Source: Desulfomicrobium sp. (GTDB taxonomy: Bacteria; Desulfobacterota; Desulfovibrionia; Desulfovibrionales; Desulfomicrobiaceae). Taken from it: 64,000 nucleotides of DNA. Under the pieces are notes generated by a model that was not told the DNA's origin, searched no databases, and saw only the letters and a program-made list of their open reading frames with translations. Location of the stretch: the NCBI GenBank assembly GCA_040768745.1, contig JAXGMI010000001.1, forward strand, positions 384,001 to 448,000, read 5' to 3'. Position numbers and translations under genes: made by a program. This document shows, in pieces, positions 17,953 through 28,940 of the stretch. Each line of letters opens with the position of its first letter. Position 1 is the stretch's first letter.

Positions 17953-20763
17953 ATGTGCGACTACAAGAAAACCCTGAATCTTCCCGCCACCACCTTCCCC
18001 ATGAAGGCCAGCCTGACCCAGAACGAGCCAAAAATTCTGGCGCGGTGGACCGAGGTCGACGCTTACGGGGCCATGATCAGGGCCAACGACGGTCAGCAAC
18101 CTTACGTGCTGCACGACGGCCCGCCCTATGCCAATGGGCATATCCACATCGGCCACGCCATGAACAAGATTCTGAAGGACATCATCGTCAAGCACCGCAA
18201 CATGACCGGCCGCCAGGCCCAGTATGTGCCTGGATGGGACTGTCACGGCCTGCCCATCGAACACAAGGTCGAACAGGAGCTGGGTGACAAGGACAAATTT
18301 TCGGTCCTCGAGATCCGCCAGAAATGCCGCGCATACGCCCTCAAATACCTGGACATCCAGCGCGAGGAGTTCAAGCGCTTGGGCGTGCTGGGAACCTGGG
18401 ACAACCCTTACCTGACCATGACCCCGGACTACGAGACGGCCACGGCCAGGGAACTGGCCAATTTCTACAGGATCGGTTCTGTGCAGCGGAACAAGAAACC
18501 CATCTACTGGTGCGGGTCGTGCGAAACCGCCCTGGCCGAAGCTGAAGTGGAATACGACGACCATTCCTCTCCGTCCATCTATGTCCGTTTCCCCCTGCTT
18601 CCCGAAGGACTGGCCACGACGCTTCCCCAGGCCGATCCGGACAGGTGCTACATCGTCATCTGGACCACCACGCCCTGGACCATCCCCGACAACCTGGCTG
18701 TGGCCGTGCACCCGGACTTCGAATACGACCTGATCCAGGTCGGCGATGCCTTCTACATCCTGGCCAAGGACCTGGCTGCCGGCTGTGCGGCACGGTTCGG
18801 CTGGTCCGACTGGAAGACACTCACGACCGTCACGGGCAAAGCCCTCGCAGGCCTCGTCGCCCGCCATCCCTTTTATGACCGCCGCTCCCTGGTGGTCACG
18901 GCCGACTACGTCACCCTGGAGGCGGGCACCGGCTGCGTGCACACGGCTCCCGGTCACGGGCGCGAGGACTACGAAACCGGCCTGCGCTACGGGCTGGACA
19001 TCCTCTCTCCTCTGGACGATCAGGCCCGCTTCCTGCCCGGTGTGGAATATTTCGGCGGCAGGCACGTCTTCGAGGCCAACCCCCTGGTCATGGCCAAGCT
19101 GAACGAAGCCGGCCACCTGCTGGCCAGCGAGAAGATCAGGCACTCCTACCCGCACTGCTGGCGCTGCAAGAAGCCGGTGATTTTCCGGGCCACCACCCAG
19201 TGGTTCATCGCCATGGAACACAACAACCTGCGCGCCAAGGCCCTGGACGCCATCGACAACAGCGTGCGCTGGATTCCGTCCTGGGGCCGGGAGCGCATCC
19301 ACAACATGATCAAGTTCCGGCCGGACTGGTGCATTTCCCGCCAGCGCATGTGGGGCGTGCCCATCATTGCCCTGTTGTGCAAGGATTGCGGGGAGGCCTA
19401 TTTCGAGGCGTCCTGGGCCCACGACATTGTGGACCGGTTCGCCGCCCACCCCAACGGTGCCGACTACTGGTTCGAGGCGCCCCTGTCCGACGTCGTGCCC
19501 CGGGGCTTGACCTGCCCCGCATGCGGGGGAAGCCACTGGGAAAAAGAGGACGACATCCTGGACGTATGGTTCGATTCCGGCACCAGCTTCGCCGCAGTGG
19601 TCGAAGGCCGCTCGGAATGCCGATTCCCGGCGGACCTCTATCTGGAAGGCACGGACCAGCATCGCGGCTGGTTCCACTCCTCCCTCCTGGCCTCTGTCGG
19701 CACGCGCAACGCCCCGCCCTACAAGGCCGTGCTGACCCATGGCTTCGTGCTCGATGGACTGGGCCGCAAGATGTCCAAATCCATAGGCAACGTGGTCGCG
19801 CCCCAGGAAATCATCGAAAAACACGGCGCCGAAGTGCTCCGCCTGTGGGTGGCCTCCGAAAACTACCAGGAAGATCTGCGCATCTCCGACGAGATCCTGG
19901 GCCGCCTGGTGGACGCCTACCGCAAGATCCGCAATACCTGCCGCTTCATTCTCGGCAACCTGAACGACTTCAACCCGGCCACGGACATGGTGGATGCCAC
20001 GGACATGCTCGCCCTGGACCGCTATGCCCTGAACATGGTCCGGGCCAAACACCAGATCATGCAGGCCGCCTACGAGAACTTCGAATTCCACAGGGTGTAC
20101 CACACCCTGCACAACCTGTGCATCACGGACTTGAGCTCCTATTATCTCGACATCATCAAGGACCGTGTCTACGTCAACGGGCCGCAAAGCCTGCCACGAC
20201 GTTCGGCCCAGACCGCGCTGTACCATATCCTGCTCATGATCGTGCAGGACATGGCTCCGATTCTGAGCTTCACGGCCGAGGAGATCTTCCAGCATCTGCC
20301 CGAGGCCATGCGTCCGGCAGGATCCACGGTCTTCGCCATGCGCGTTCCGGAAATCGCGGGAGAACTGCTGAGCGAAGAAGAGGAGGCGACCTGGGACCTG
20401 GTCTTCGCTGTGCGGGGCGAGGTGACCAAGGCCATCGAACCCCTGCGTCAGTCCAAGGCCTTGGGGCATTCCCTGGACGCCCGGGTCACCATTTTCACCC
20501 GGGGGGAGACGTCTGCGCGACTGTCCAGCGTGGCGGACCAGCTGCGGGATGTGTTCATCGTCAGCCAAGCCGTCCTCTCCGACGAACCGGCCCCGGCTGA
20601 AGCCATCCGCGGGGAAGTGCCTGACCTGTCCATGACCGTCGAAAAGGCCAGGGGCGGAAAATGCGCCCGGTGCTGGATCTATGACGAAAACCTGGGCACC
20701 GATCCGGCCTTCCCCCAGGCGTGTCCCAGGTGCAGCAAGGTCCTGCGGGAATACCATGCCTAG
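17953..20763 (+). CDS. ileS: Isoleucine--tRNA ligase
   Basis: [36 protein letters not shown]-terminal zinc finger. Confidence 0.98.
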   Translation: MCDYKKTLNLPATTFPMKASLTQNEPKILARWTEVDAYGAMIRANDGQQPYVLHDGPPYANGHIHIGHAMNKILKDIIVKHRNMTGRQAQYVPGWDCHGLPIEHKVEQELGDKDKFSVLEIRQKCRAYALKYLDIQREEFKRLGVLGTWDNPYLTMTPDYETATARELANFYRIGSVQRNKKPIYWCGSCETALAEAEVEYDDHSSPSIYVRFPLLPEGLATTLPQADPDRCYIVIWTTTPWTIPDNLAVAVHPDFEYDLIQVGDAFYILAKDLAAGCAARFGWSDWKTLTTVTGKALAGLVARHPFYDRRSLVVTADYVTLEAGTGCVHTAPGHGREDYETGLRYGLDILSPLDDQARFLPGVEYFGGRHVFEANPLVMAKLNEAGHLLASEKIRHSYPHCWRCKKPVIFRATTQWFIAMEHNNLRAKALDAIDNSVRWIPSWGRERIHNMIKFRPDWCISRQRMWGVPIIALLCKDCGEAYFEASWAHDIVDRFAAHPNGADYWFEAPLSDVVPRGLTCPACGGSHWEKEDDILDVWFDSGTSFAAVVEGRSECRFPADLYLEGTDQHRGWFHSSLLASVGTRNAPPYKAVLTHGFVLDGLGRKMSKSIGNVVAPQEIIEKHGAEVLRLWVASENYQEDLRISDEILGRLVDAYRKIRNTCRFILGNLNDFNPATDMVDATDMLALDRYALNMVRAKHQIMQAAYENFEFHRVYHTLHNLCITDLSSYYLDIIKDRVYVNGPQSLPRRSAQTALYHILLMIVQDMAPILSFTAEEIFQHLPEAMRPAGSTVFAMRVPEIAGELLSEEEEATWDLVFAVRGEVTKAIEPLRQSKALGHSLDARVTIFTRGETSARLSSVADQLRDVFIVSQAVLSDEPAPAEAIRGEVPDLSMTVEKARGGKCARCWIYDENLGTDPAFPQACPRCSKVLREYHA

Positions 20764-21289
20764 GCATCAGCAGGATTGCGCGCCGGACCTGCGGTGGCGC
20801 TTCAAGGCCATTGGCCTGGTTGGAGCCGTTGTTTTTGCCCTGGACCAGCTGACCAAGGCCTGGATCCAGCAGACCATTCCGGTGTGGGAAAAAGGATTCT
20901 CGGTCATTCCCGGTTTTTTCGACATCGTGCACATCCTGAACCGGGGGGCGGCCTTTGGTTTTTTGAACCGCACCGACATCGACTGGCAGCGGCCCTTTTT
21001 CATTGCCGTGTCCATTCTGGCCATGGGCCTCATCGCAGCGCTGGCCCGCAGCAAGGACGATGACGGCCCGTTCTATGTGTACGGGCTGGGCCTCATCCTG
21101 GGCGGGGCCCTGGGCAATCTGCTCGATCGCATTCGCCTGGGCGTTGTGGTCGATTTTCTGGACTTCTACGTGGGGGGCTGGCACTGGCCGGCCTTCAACG
21201 TGGCCGACATGGGCATCACCGTGGGCGCGGCCGCTCTCCTTGTTTCCTTTTACCAGCAGAGACGCCGCCATGTTCCCGACCATCTTTGA
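20756..21289 (+). CDS. lspA: Lipoprotein signal peptidase II
   Basis: [33 protein letters not shown]. Confidence 0.96.
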   Translation: MPRHQQDCAPDLRWRFKAIGLVGAVVFALDQLTKAWIQQTIPVWEKGFSVIPGFFDIVHILNRGAAFGFLNRTDIDWQRPFFIAVSILAMGLIAALARSKDDDGPFYVYGLGLILGGALGNLLDRIRLGVVVDFLDFYVGGWHWPAFNVADMGITVGAAALLVSFYQQRRRHVPDHL

Positions 21290-22055
21290 AATAGCTCCCT
21301 TCATTCTCTTCGGAATCCAGTTGGGCCCCTTCGCCCTGCACACATACGGACTTTTTGTCGCGGCTGCCTTTCTGATGGGTATCGCCTGGTCCATGCGCGA
21401 GGCCCGGGAACAGGGTCTGGACCCCCATCTGCTGTCGGATTTGGGCTTCTACCTCATTCTTGGCTCCATTCTGGGGGCCAGGCTTTTGTACGTGCTCATC
21501 AACCCGCTCTATTTTTGGCACAATCCCCAGGAAATCCTCATGTTCTGGAAAGGAGGCCTGGTCTTCTCCGGGGGTGCCATCCTGGCCACGATCTTCGCCC
21601 TGGTCTTTCTGAAGAGAAAAAAACAGGACTACTGGCTGTGGATGGATGCCCTGGCCCCGGGCATCGGCCTGGGCGAGGCCATCGGGCGCATTGGCTGCCT
21701 GGCCGCAGGTTGCTGCTATGGCGCCAGTTGCGACCTGCCCTGGGCCGTCACCTTTTACCATCCCGAAGCCCTGGCCCCCTTGCATGTGCCTCTGCATCCG
21801 ACCCAGCTCTACCACAGCCTAGCCGGACTGGCCTGCTTCGCCGTTCTGCTGGCCCTCAAGCCCAAGGTGAATCACCCGGGTTGGCGCATGGGTATTTTCC
21901 TGATCATGTTCGGGTCCTTCCGTTTCATCATAGAATTGTTCCGCGCCGACTATCGAGGCAGCTTGGGCCTTTTCAGCGTGACTCAGCTCATCGCCCTGGC
22001 CGCCATTGCCCTCGGTGTGTTCATTCTGTACCTGAGGAGAAACCATGTTCGCTGA
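21270..22055 (+). CDS. lgt: Prolipoprotein diacylglyceryl transferase
   Basis: GARLLYV, WKGGLVFSGG, IGRIGC, HPTQLY, RFIIELFR. Confidence 0.95.
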   Translation: MFPTIFEIAPFILFGIQLGPFALHTYGLFVAAAFLMGIAWSMREAREQGLDPHLLSDLGFYLILGSILGARLLYVLINPLYFWHNPQEILMFWKGGLVFSGGAILATIFALVFLKRKKQDYWLWMDALAPGIGLGEAIGRIGCLAAGCCYGASCDLPWAVTFYHPEALAPLHVPLHPTQLYHSLAGLACFAVLLALKPKVNHPGWRMGIFLIMFGSFRFIIELFRADYRGSLGLFSVTQLIALAAIALGVFILYLRRNHVR

Positions 22056-22266
22056 AATTCCTCCGGACAAACTGGTCTTCATCATCCCCCTGCTCATCGT
22101 GCCCATCCTGCCCAACCTGTGGTCCATCTGGCACCTGTACAAGAACGAATACCCGACGCCGCAGGAACGATCGGCCTGGCTTGTGGCCCAAGTCATCTTG
22201 CCGGTTCTTGGCGGAGTGGGCTATATCCTCTTCGGCCGCAAGAGAGCACTGAAAAAACCGTGCTGA
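22045..22266 (+). CDS. PLDc N-terminal domain small membrane protein
   Basis: Two TM segments, W...ILPVLGGVGYILFGR. Confidence 0.75.
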   Translation: MFAEIPPDKLVFIIPLLIVPILPNLWSIWHLYKNEYPTPQERSAWLVAQVILPVLGGVGYILFGRKRALKKPC

Positions 22267-22320
22267 ACCGGCCATGAACAAGACCAACTGACTCTAATCG
22301 CCCAGTGCAGAGAGGTTCCC

Positions 22321-23262
22321 ATGTCTTCTTTTCGTTACGGCAGAGACTTCGTCATTACCGGGGCCCTGATGACCCTGCTGGGGACTCTCCCGGCCTGTGT
22401 CACCTCCTCGGACTTCGACCGCCTGCGCAGTCAGGTGTACCATCAGGACCTGGAACGCAAAAAGCAGGAGGAGCGCATCGCCAAGCTGGAAACCGAGCTG
22501 AGCCAGAGCAAGCCGGTGCAGGCCAACAGCTGGGCGGAAATGAATGCCATGCGCACCCAGATGGCCACCCTCAGCGGTCAGGTGGATGACATGCGCCGGG
22601 CCCAGGAAATGCAGCGCTCTGCAGCCGGCGGCGCCGTGACCCTCGAAGGTCTGAACGCACAAGTCCGGGATCTGGAACGCAAGAACATGTTCATGGCCAG
22701 TCAGCTGGGCGTCGTGTTCGACGAAATGCCAGCCTCCCCTGCGGCCCAGCCATCTGCAGGAGCAGTCCCCCAGACCTCTCCGGCACCGGCGGCCGCGCCG
22801 GCCCAGCCCAAGACCGCGGCGGTCCAGCCTGCTCCGGCGACGACGATGGCCCCGGCGGGCGAAGGCGGGGAGCAGCCCGTGGGCGAGGGCCCGGGCCAGG
22901 ATCTTTACCAGAAGGCTTTGGAGAATTTCTACGCCAAAAAATACAAGGCCGCCCAGACCACGTGGGCCGAATTCGTCAAGGGATTTCCGAAAGATCCCCT
23001 GGTTCCCAACGCCATCTTCTGGCAGGGCGAAAGTTTCTTCCAGATGCAGGACTATGCCAACGCCGTGCTGACCTACCAGAAGGTCATCGAGGAGCACAGC
23101 AAGTCCAACAAGTACAGAGCCGCCCTGTTGAAGCAGGGGATCTCCTTCTACAAGCTGAAAAAGGACCAGGCCGGAAAACTGGTGCTTGAGGACCTGATCA
23201 AGAAATACCCTGACTCCGCCGAGGCCAAGCGGGCCCAGGCCTACTTGAAGAGCGGCAACTAG
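22321..23262 (+). CDS. cpoB: Tol-Pal system TPR lipoprotein CpoB/YbgF
   Basis: Lipobox LPAC, coiled coil, Pro/Ala linker, TPRs (NAIFWQGE, ALLKQG, KYPDSAEA). Confidence 0.85.
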   Translation: MSSFRYGRDFVITGALMTLLGTLPACVTSSDFDRLRSQVYHQDLERKKQEERIAKLETELSQSKPVQANSWAEMNAMRTQMATLSGQVDDMRRAQEMQRSAAGGAVTLEGLNAQVRDLERKNMFMASQLGVVFDEMPASPAAQPSAGAVPQTSPAPAAAPAQPKTAAVQPAPATTMAPAGEGGEQPVGEGPGQDLYQKALENFYAKKYKAAQTTWAEFVKGFPKDPLVPNAIFWQGESFFQMQDYANAVLTYQKVIEEHSKSNKYRAALLKQGISFYKLKKDQAGKLVLEDLIKKYPDSAEAKRAQAYLKSGN

Positions 23263-23281
23263 GCCGGCTTGAGGAGCATTC

Positions 23282-23716
23282 ATGACCACCAACGAATACA
23301 GTCGCATCGTCAGCCTGCGCTTTCCGCCCGAAACATCGGGCCAGCCCATGATGTACAACCTGGCCAAGCTGTTCGACCTGACCTTCAACATCCTGCAGGC
23401 CAACATCAATCCCCGCCGCGAAGGGCACATGATACTGGAACTCTCGGGAACCCGCGAGCGCTACCGCCGGGGCGTGACCTACCTGCAGGAACAGGGCATC
23501 AAGGTCACTCCGGTGGCCAACGAGATTTCGCGCAACGAAGAGTCCTGCATGCATTGCGGGCTGTGCACGGCCCTGTGTCCGCCCAAGGCCCTGCACCTCA
23601 ATCTGGAGACCAGGATGGTGGACTTCGACCGGGACAAATGCACCGCATGCAACATGTGCGTCACCGTCTGTCCGGTGCGGGCCATGGTCATGGAGTTGGA
23701 CCCCGACACGTGGTAG
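23282..23716 (+). CDS. NIL domain plus 2x[4Fe-4S] ferredoxin protein
   Basis: FNILQANI (NIL); CMHCGLCTALCP and CTACNMCVTVCP. Confidence 0.9.
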   Translation: MTTNEYSRIVSLRFPPETSGQPMMYNLAKLFDLTFNILQANINPRREGHMILELSGTRERYRRGVTYLQEQGIKVTPVANEISRNEESCMHCGLCTALCPPKALHLNLETRMVDFDRDKCTACNMCVTVCPVRAMVMELDPDTW

Positions 23717-23732
23717 ACGGCAAGGAGGACTG

Positions 23733-24266
23733 ATGGCCATCGCGGACCGGGCCTACGCCCGGATCGAAACGACGTTGAAGGGCTATGCGCGGATCCTGCC
23801 CGTGGGCCGGATCACCACGCTTTTTTCTTGTTTTCAGCCTGGTCCATCGTCCCAACTCTCTGATTCGGCCCAGACCGGCCTGTCTGAGGGGCTGCTCCAG
23901 CACCTGCGGACCATGGACGAAAAGCTCGACGCGGTGCTGACAATCCTGAACCAACAGTCCCTGCAGGAAGACTTTCCCATTCTCGCCCTTGTGCACGACA
24001 TCAGCGGGGCGGGATTGCGCTTTACCTCGGACCAGGACTTCCAAGTGGGGCAGGCGGTGGAAATGGTAGTGGCCCTGCGAGGGCAGGCTCGAGGGCTGGC
24101 CGGGACCACCGGCATCGTCGTCCGCGTCGACGAGCACTGCGGACAGCGGCTATGGGCCATGGAATTCAAGGAAATCCGCGACGCGGAGAGAGAAAAGATC
24201 ATCCAGTACGTGGTGGACAGACAACGTGAACAATTGCGGGAACGCCATCTTGGCCCTGGATCCTGA
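23733..24266 (+). CDS. PilZ domain protein
   Basis: RAYAR and DISGAG motifs. Confidence 0.85.
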   Translation: MAIADRAYARIETTLKGYARILPVGRITTLFSCFQPGPSSQLSDSAQTGLSEGLLQHLRTMDEKLDAVLTILNQQSLQEDFPILALVHDISGAGLRFTSDQDFQVGQAVEMVVALRGQARGLAGTTGIVVRVDEHCGQRLWAMEFKEIRDAEREKIIQYVVDRQREQLRERHLGPGS

Positions 24267-24493
24267 AGCGCGCCCCAGTTTTTTTGCAGAGGCCCTGGCC
24301 TTCGCCCACACTGCGCTTGTCCTGCTTCACGCACGGGGCACCCTGGCCCCTTGCGGCGGACTGCACCAGTCAAACCGACGCGCAATGTGAACAGCATCTC
24401 CGTTGCATTGAAAACACATTTTCCACATCCAGCAAAAACACCCGCCGGTTCTCGGGTCACGGCCGAAGCCGGCTTCTCCCACGGAGACATCGC

Positions 24494-24781
24494 ATGCCCC
24501 AACTTGGAGACATCAGCCTCTACGCCCTGACCCGGACCATGAGCGTTCTGGATCAGCTCTACGAACAGGAGCCGGAACTGTACGAGGATTTCGTACGCGA
24601 GATCTGTGCGGATTTCACCTTGGCCCGGGAATACATGCTGGCCATTCAGGAAATGCTGACCCAGGGCGCGGACAAGGTGGCCGTGGGCCAGGCCGACCTG
24701 ACCCTCAAGCATCTCCTGGCCCTGTGGGTGCTCAGGAACGACCTGACCGTGCCCCTGGCCGGCCTGGAGCAGATTCAGTAG
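24494..24781 (+). CDS. Conserved hypothetical protein
   Basis: ATG after GGAG; host-like codon usage. Confidence 0.7.
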   Translation: MPQLGDISLYALTRTMSVLDQLYEQEPELYEDFVREICADFTLAREYMLAIQEMLTQGADKVAVGQADLTLKHLLALWVLRNDLTVPLAGLEQIQ

Positions 24782-24784
24782 GCT

Positions 24785-25714
24785 CTATTCATCCACTTCG
24801 TCGCGGTTCTTGGACAGGGGATGGCAGGCGTCGTAGACACGCATGATCTGGGCCAGGTCCAGGTGGGTGTACCGCTGGGTGGTGGAAATGCGGGCGTGCC
24901 CCAACAGCTCCTGCACGCTCCGGAGATCCGCCCCAGCCTGGAGCAGGTGCGTGGCGAAACTGTGCCGCAGCGTGTGGGGGCTTATGCATCCCGCCACCCC
25001 GCTCTGGGCCCCCATGGCCTTGACAATGCGGTCAGCCTGCTTGCGGTTCAGGCGCCCCCCCCGGCTGCCGAGGAACACGGCCTGTTCCCCTGCTTTGGGA
25101 TTGAAGGCCCTGCGCTGCTCCAGGTAACGCTTGAGCCTGTCCACGGCCGCCCCGGTCAGAGGGGCTATGCGCTCCTTTTTGCCCTTTCCCAGCACCCGCA
25201 GTAACCCCTGATCCAGGTCCACGTCCCTGAAATCCAGGCTCAAGGCCTCGCTCACGCGCAGACCTGATCCATACAGAACCTCCAGCAAGGCCTGATCGCG
25301 CAAGGTCTCGGGATCGGGCTGCTGGCCGGTTTCGAGCAGGTGCAGTGCCTGGTCCACATTCAACACGCGTGGATGGATCTTCGGCAACCTGGGGTTGGAG
25401 AAGGCCGCGCAGGGATCTGCCTTGGCCAGGCCGCGTTGACGCAGAAAACGGTACATGGCCCGCAGGGCCGAAAGCTTGCGGCACACACTGGACTTGGCCA
25501 GCCCACGCCGATGCAGATCGGCGACGTAGGCCGTGATGTCGGCCTTGGTCACGGCAGCCGGGTCATGCAGCCCCTTGCTGCGCCGGCCCAGAAATTCGTG
25601 CACACCCCGCAGGTCCACGGCGTATGCCTCCACCGTGGCCGGTGAATAGCCGCGCTGGGCATCCAGGTAGAGCAGAAAGAGGGCCACGGGCTCAGGCCCG
25701 TTTGTCCAGGACAT
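24785..25714 (-). CDS. xerC: Tyrosine recombinase XerC
   Basis: YGSGLRVSE, GKGKKER, HTLRHSFATH, QELLGHA, TTQRYT; chromosomal operon context. Confidence 0.88.
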   Translation of the reverse strand: MSWTNGPEPVALFLLYLDAQRGYSPATVEAYAVDLRGVHEFLGRRSKGLHDPAAVTKADITAYVADLHRRGLAKSSVCRKLSALRAMYRFLRQRGLAKADPCAAFSNPRLPKIHPRVLNVDQALHLLETGQQPDPETLRDQALLEVLYGSGLRVSEALSLDFRDVDLDQGLLRVLGKGKKERIAPLTGAAVDRLKRYLEQRRAFNPKAGEQAVFLGSRGGRLNRKQADRIVKAMGAQSGVAGCISPHTLRHSFATHLLQAGADLRSVQELLGHARISTTQRYTHLDLAQIMRVYDACHPLSKNRDEVDE

Positions 25715-26627
25715 AGCAGCTCTTGGGGTTTTTCTTGGCTTCCTTTTTCAGGTTCATGGCGATCTGGGAAGCCTCCCCGAAATGGCTGAGCTTTCCGTCG
25801 CGGTTGAAAACCACGGCCAGGGAGATGGCCATGAGGGGAAACACCTGCCTGTTTCCCCGGCGGTCCACGGAATGGATAGCCCCGCGCATTCTGTCTTCCT
25901 GATCGTAGAAATTGGGCACAATGGAGTCAAAATTGTCGATGACCAGCTGACAGGCCCCCTCGGCCTTGTCCGGGGGCACGATGAAGACGAAATCGTCCCC
26001 GCCCACATGACCGACGAACGTGTTGGAGCCCATGAACGCGCGAATGCTGTTGACGATGACCCGGGCCGTCATCAGCAGCACCTCGTCCCCCCGCGAAAAG
26101 CCGTATTTGTCGTTGAAGGATTTGAAATGATCCAGATCGATATAGGCCAGGGCAAAATCCTCCCGCCTGTCGATGAGATCCTGAATTCTGTGGATGATGG
26201 ACGTGTTGCCGGGCAGCTTGGTCAAGGGGCTGGCGTCCAGCTCCCTGGTCGAACGGTGATAGGCCAAAATCAGCCGGCCCTTGACCGTGGCCGGCGACAG
26301 CGGGCGGACCACGAAATCATCGATCTCCAGATTGCTGAAATCCAGGTCATCGACCACGGATTCGTCCTTCAGACAGAGTACCACTGGCAATTGCCGGTAA
26401 ACGTTCTCGCCCTTGATGAGGCGGATGAGCTCCACCCCGGGCATGTCCGGAAGATCCCCGTCAACCACCAGCAGGTCCGGCGGGTCCGAGAACAGATGCT
26501 CCAGGGCAGATGCCCCCCGGCCGAAACAGGTCCAGGCGACCTTGTCCTCGGGCCACAGGGCGCGCAGACTGCCCTCCAGCTTCGGGTCGGCGGTGACCAG
26601 AAAAAAATGCTTGCCGTCTTTTGCCAT
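25692..26627 (-). CDS. Response regulator receiver plus GGDEF-like diguanylate cyclase domain
   Basis: PDLLVVD receiver; YIDLDHFKSFNDKYG and GGDDF. Confidence 0.88.
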   Translation of the reverse strand: MAKDGKHFFLVTADPKLEGSLRALWPEDKVAWTCFGRGASALEHLFSDPPDLLVVDGDLPDMPGVELIRLIKGENVYRQLPVVLCLKDESVVDDLDFSNLEIDDFVVRPLSPATVKGRLILAYHRSTRELDASPLTKLPGNTSIIHRIQDLIDRREDFALAYIDLDHFKSFNDKYGFSRGDEVLLMTARVIVNSIRAFMGSNTFVGHVGGDDFVFIVPPDKAEGACQLVIDNFDSIVPNFYDQEDRMRGAIHSVDRRGNRQVFPLMAISLAVVFNRDGKLSHFGEASQIAMNLKKEAKKNPKSCYVLDKRA

Positions 26628-26634
26628 AGCTCAC

Positions 26635-27462
26635 CTAGATCAGTTCGGCGAATTCCCGCTCCAGCCCGCCCATGATCGCGTGCAGACGGTCCGGGGTGAC
26701 CTGCAGGGCTTCCAGTACGCCGTCGTCCAGGGCGCTGATCTGGTCGTCTCCGCCGCTGCCCACCCCGAAAAGACGGGCCAGAAAGTCGCCGACATGCACC
26801 ACCTGGGCGACCTTGGGATAGTACGATGCGGACATGGGGCGATGGTGACAGGCCAATCCTTCCTTCAGGTTGGGCGGGAGGTTCCAGTAGGAACTCAGCC
26901 ACATGTTGACGCGGTCATGTCCGAAGCCCAGCACTTCCAGCTCGGCCTGGCGGTAGGTCAGGTCCCGCTCCCTGACCAGGTTGTCAATGGCCGCACGGCT
27001 TTCGGGCAGTTGCACCGCTGCCACGACCTTGCCGAAGTCATGCAGGAGCCCTGCCACGGCATAGAGTTCGGGATCAGGGCAGCCGATGCTTCGGGCCACG
27101 GCAGAGCTGGCCATGGCACAGCCCAGGCTGTGTTCCCACAGCCCCTTCATGTTCGCGTTCATGACATCAAAGACAGAGGTGGAAATGATCAGGCCCCTGA
27201 TGACATTGAAACCCAAAAGAACCAACGCGTGCTGAATGGACCCAATCCGACCAGGAAATCCGTAAATGGGGGAATTGACCATCTTCAGCACCTTGGCCGA
27301 AAGCACCTGATCTTTGGCAATGGCCTTGCCAATCTGATCCGTGGATGAAGCAGGATTCTCGAACAGGGCGGCCACTTCGTGCAGGACCCCGGGCAGGGTG
27401 GGCAGGTCCTTGACCGCCAGAATCTGGCCTTTGTGCTTGGTACGGAGATCCTCAGGCATCAT
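26635..27462 (-). CDS. HDOD domain protein
   Basis: LPTLP, DQVLSAKVLKMVNS, WEHS, GLLHDFGK. Confidence 0.9.
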   Translation of the reverse strand: MMPEDLRTKHKGQILAVKDLPTLPGVLHEVAALFENPASSTDQIGKAIAKDQVLSAKVLKMVNSPIYGFPGRIGSIQHALVLLGFNVIRGLIISTSVFDVMNANMKGLWEHSLGCAMASSAVARSIGCPDPELYAVAGLLHDFGKVVAAVQLPESRAAIDNLVRERDLTYRQAELEVLGFGHDRVNMWLSSYWNLPPNLKEGLACHHRPMSASYYPKVAQVVHVGDFLARLFGVGSGGDDQISALDDGVLEALQVTPDRLHAIMGGLEREFAELI

Positions 27463-27812
27463 GTGTCTCCGTCCCTCCGGCTCTGGACTGCCGCAGCCAA
27501 GGCGCACTTCTGCGCGAAATAATCCCGAACCACGCCTTTGACCTGCTGCATATAGGGGTTGTCCTTGAAATTGCGAAAAAGATACTCGAGATGCTCAACC
27601 TTGCCGGCAAGGGCCTCGGCCCCCCCTCCCGCTCCAGTATCCAGCGCATCGCCCTCCACGACCACCTCCCCCACGCCCATGGCGTCAAGCCTGGAGATGA
27701 GAGCGGGGGTGAGGACCGCGCCAGCGGCGACAAGCACAACCCCGTCTTCACGGGTCACGGGCTTGGCCACAACCATTTCCGGTCCGGCCACTTCCAAGGC
27801 AATCTTCTGCAT
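27459..27812 (-). CDS. Hypothetical protein
   Basis: In operon between dprA and HDOD gene, overlapping HDOD start. Confidence 0.7.
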   Translation of the reverse strand: MQKIALEVAGPEMVVAKPVTREDGVVLVAAGAVLTPALISRLDAMGVGEVVVEGDALDTGAGGGAEALAGKVEHLEYLFRNFKDNPYMQQVKGVVRDYFAQKCALAAAVQSRRDGDT

Positions 27813-27836
27813 GGCTGCCACCGCTATTCCAGACAA

Positions 27837-28940
27837 TCAGGGTTCAAGCGCATAGTACATCCCGGGCAGCTGCTTCACAAGCCCCTGCAATTCCATGAAC
27901 AAAAGGGTGGAGCTGACCTTGTCCGCAGTCCATCCGGACAGGCGGATCAGGGCATCGATGTGAACCTGATCCTGGCCGCGCAGATGCTGAAAGAGAATGT
28001 GCTGGTCGGGATCGTCGGGCTCCACTGGGTGCGCAACGAAAGAATCGCGCTGCGCTGCCGGAGAAAATGCCAGGCGCACCTGCAGTTCGCGCAGGATGTC
28101 CTCCCCGCTCTGGACCAGACAGGCGCCCTGGCGGATCAGCTGATGGCAACCCTGGAAGGTTTTCATGGTGGCTGGGCCAGGCAGGGCGAAGACTTCGCGG
28201 TTTTGGGCCAGAGCCAGTTCCGCGGTGATCAGGCTGCCACTGCCCAAGGCCCCCTCCACGACCAGCACGCCGAGGGAGAGTCCACTGACGATACGGTTAC
28301 GGTGGGGGAAATTGACCCCCTCGGGCCGGGTGCCCGGCGCAAACTCGCTGACAATGAGGCCGCTGGCCGCAATGCGGCGCCACAGGTCCGTGTTGGCTGC
28401 CGGGTAGACGAGGTCTATACCTGTGCCCAGGACTGCGATGGTCGAGCCCACCTCGCCCAATGCACCCAGGTGGGCGGCCCGGTCGATGCCGAAGGCAAAT
28501 CCCGAGACCACGCAGACCCCGGCCCGGCTCAAATCGGAGGCAATGGACTCCGCCATCTGCAAGCCATAGCGGGAACACTGCCTGGATCCGACCATGGCCA
28601 CACACGGCCGGCCCAGCAGACCCAACTCCCCCTGATAATACAAAAAAAGAGGTGGGTCTGGAATCTGGCGCAGCAGTTCGGGATAGTCCCTGTCCGGAAA
28701 GCAGACGATCTGCAGCCCCAAATCCAGGGCTGCCTTGGCTTCCAGCCCGGCCTTTTCCTGCCACTGACCTACGCCGAACTCGGACTGCACCTTGAGGGGA
28801 ACCAATTCCCGGGCCGCCCAGCTCCGAAAATCGGCTGCAGCGGCCTTGGCGCTGCCGTATGCCGTCAGCAGCCGCTTCCACGTTCGGGGCCCCAGGCCGC
28901 GTGTGTGGCGCAGGGCCAGGGATGCGGAAAACTCATCCAC
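27837..28940 (-). CDS. dprA: DNA-processing protein DprA
   Basis: VGSR, VSGFAFGID, FPHRNRIVSGL, SGSLITA; C-terminal wHTH. Confidence 0.95.
   Translation of the reverse strand: MDEFSASLALRHTRGLGPRTWKRLLTAYGSAKAAAADFRSWAARELVPLKVQSEFGVGQWQEKAGLEAKAALDLGLQIVCFPDRDYPELLRQIPDPPLFLYYQGELGLLGRPCVAMVGSRQCSRYGLQMAESIASDLSRAGVCVVSGFAFGIDRAAHLGALGEVGSTIAVLGTGIDLVYPAANTDLWRRIAASGLIVSEFAPGTRPEGVNFPHRNRIVSGLSLGVLVVEGALGSGSLITAELALAQNREVFALPGPATMKTFQGCHQLIRQGACLVQSGEDILRELQVRLAFSPAAQRDSFVAHPVEPDDPDQHILFQHLRGQDQVHIDALIRLSGWTADKVSSTLLFMELQGLVKQLPGMYYALEP

Noticed and set aside
8357..20757. Long antisense ORFs (e.g. 8357-10504, 13699-15498, 17878-20757; also 4570-6525, 48082-50154, 54147-55796)
   Set aside because: Shadow frames of well-supported genes, expected from high-GC codon bias; no motifs.
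24785..25714. xerC as integron integrase or island integrase for the attC
   Set aside because: No visible IntI-specific insertion; sits in a housekeeping operon about 22 kb from the attC.
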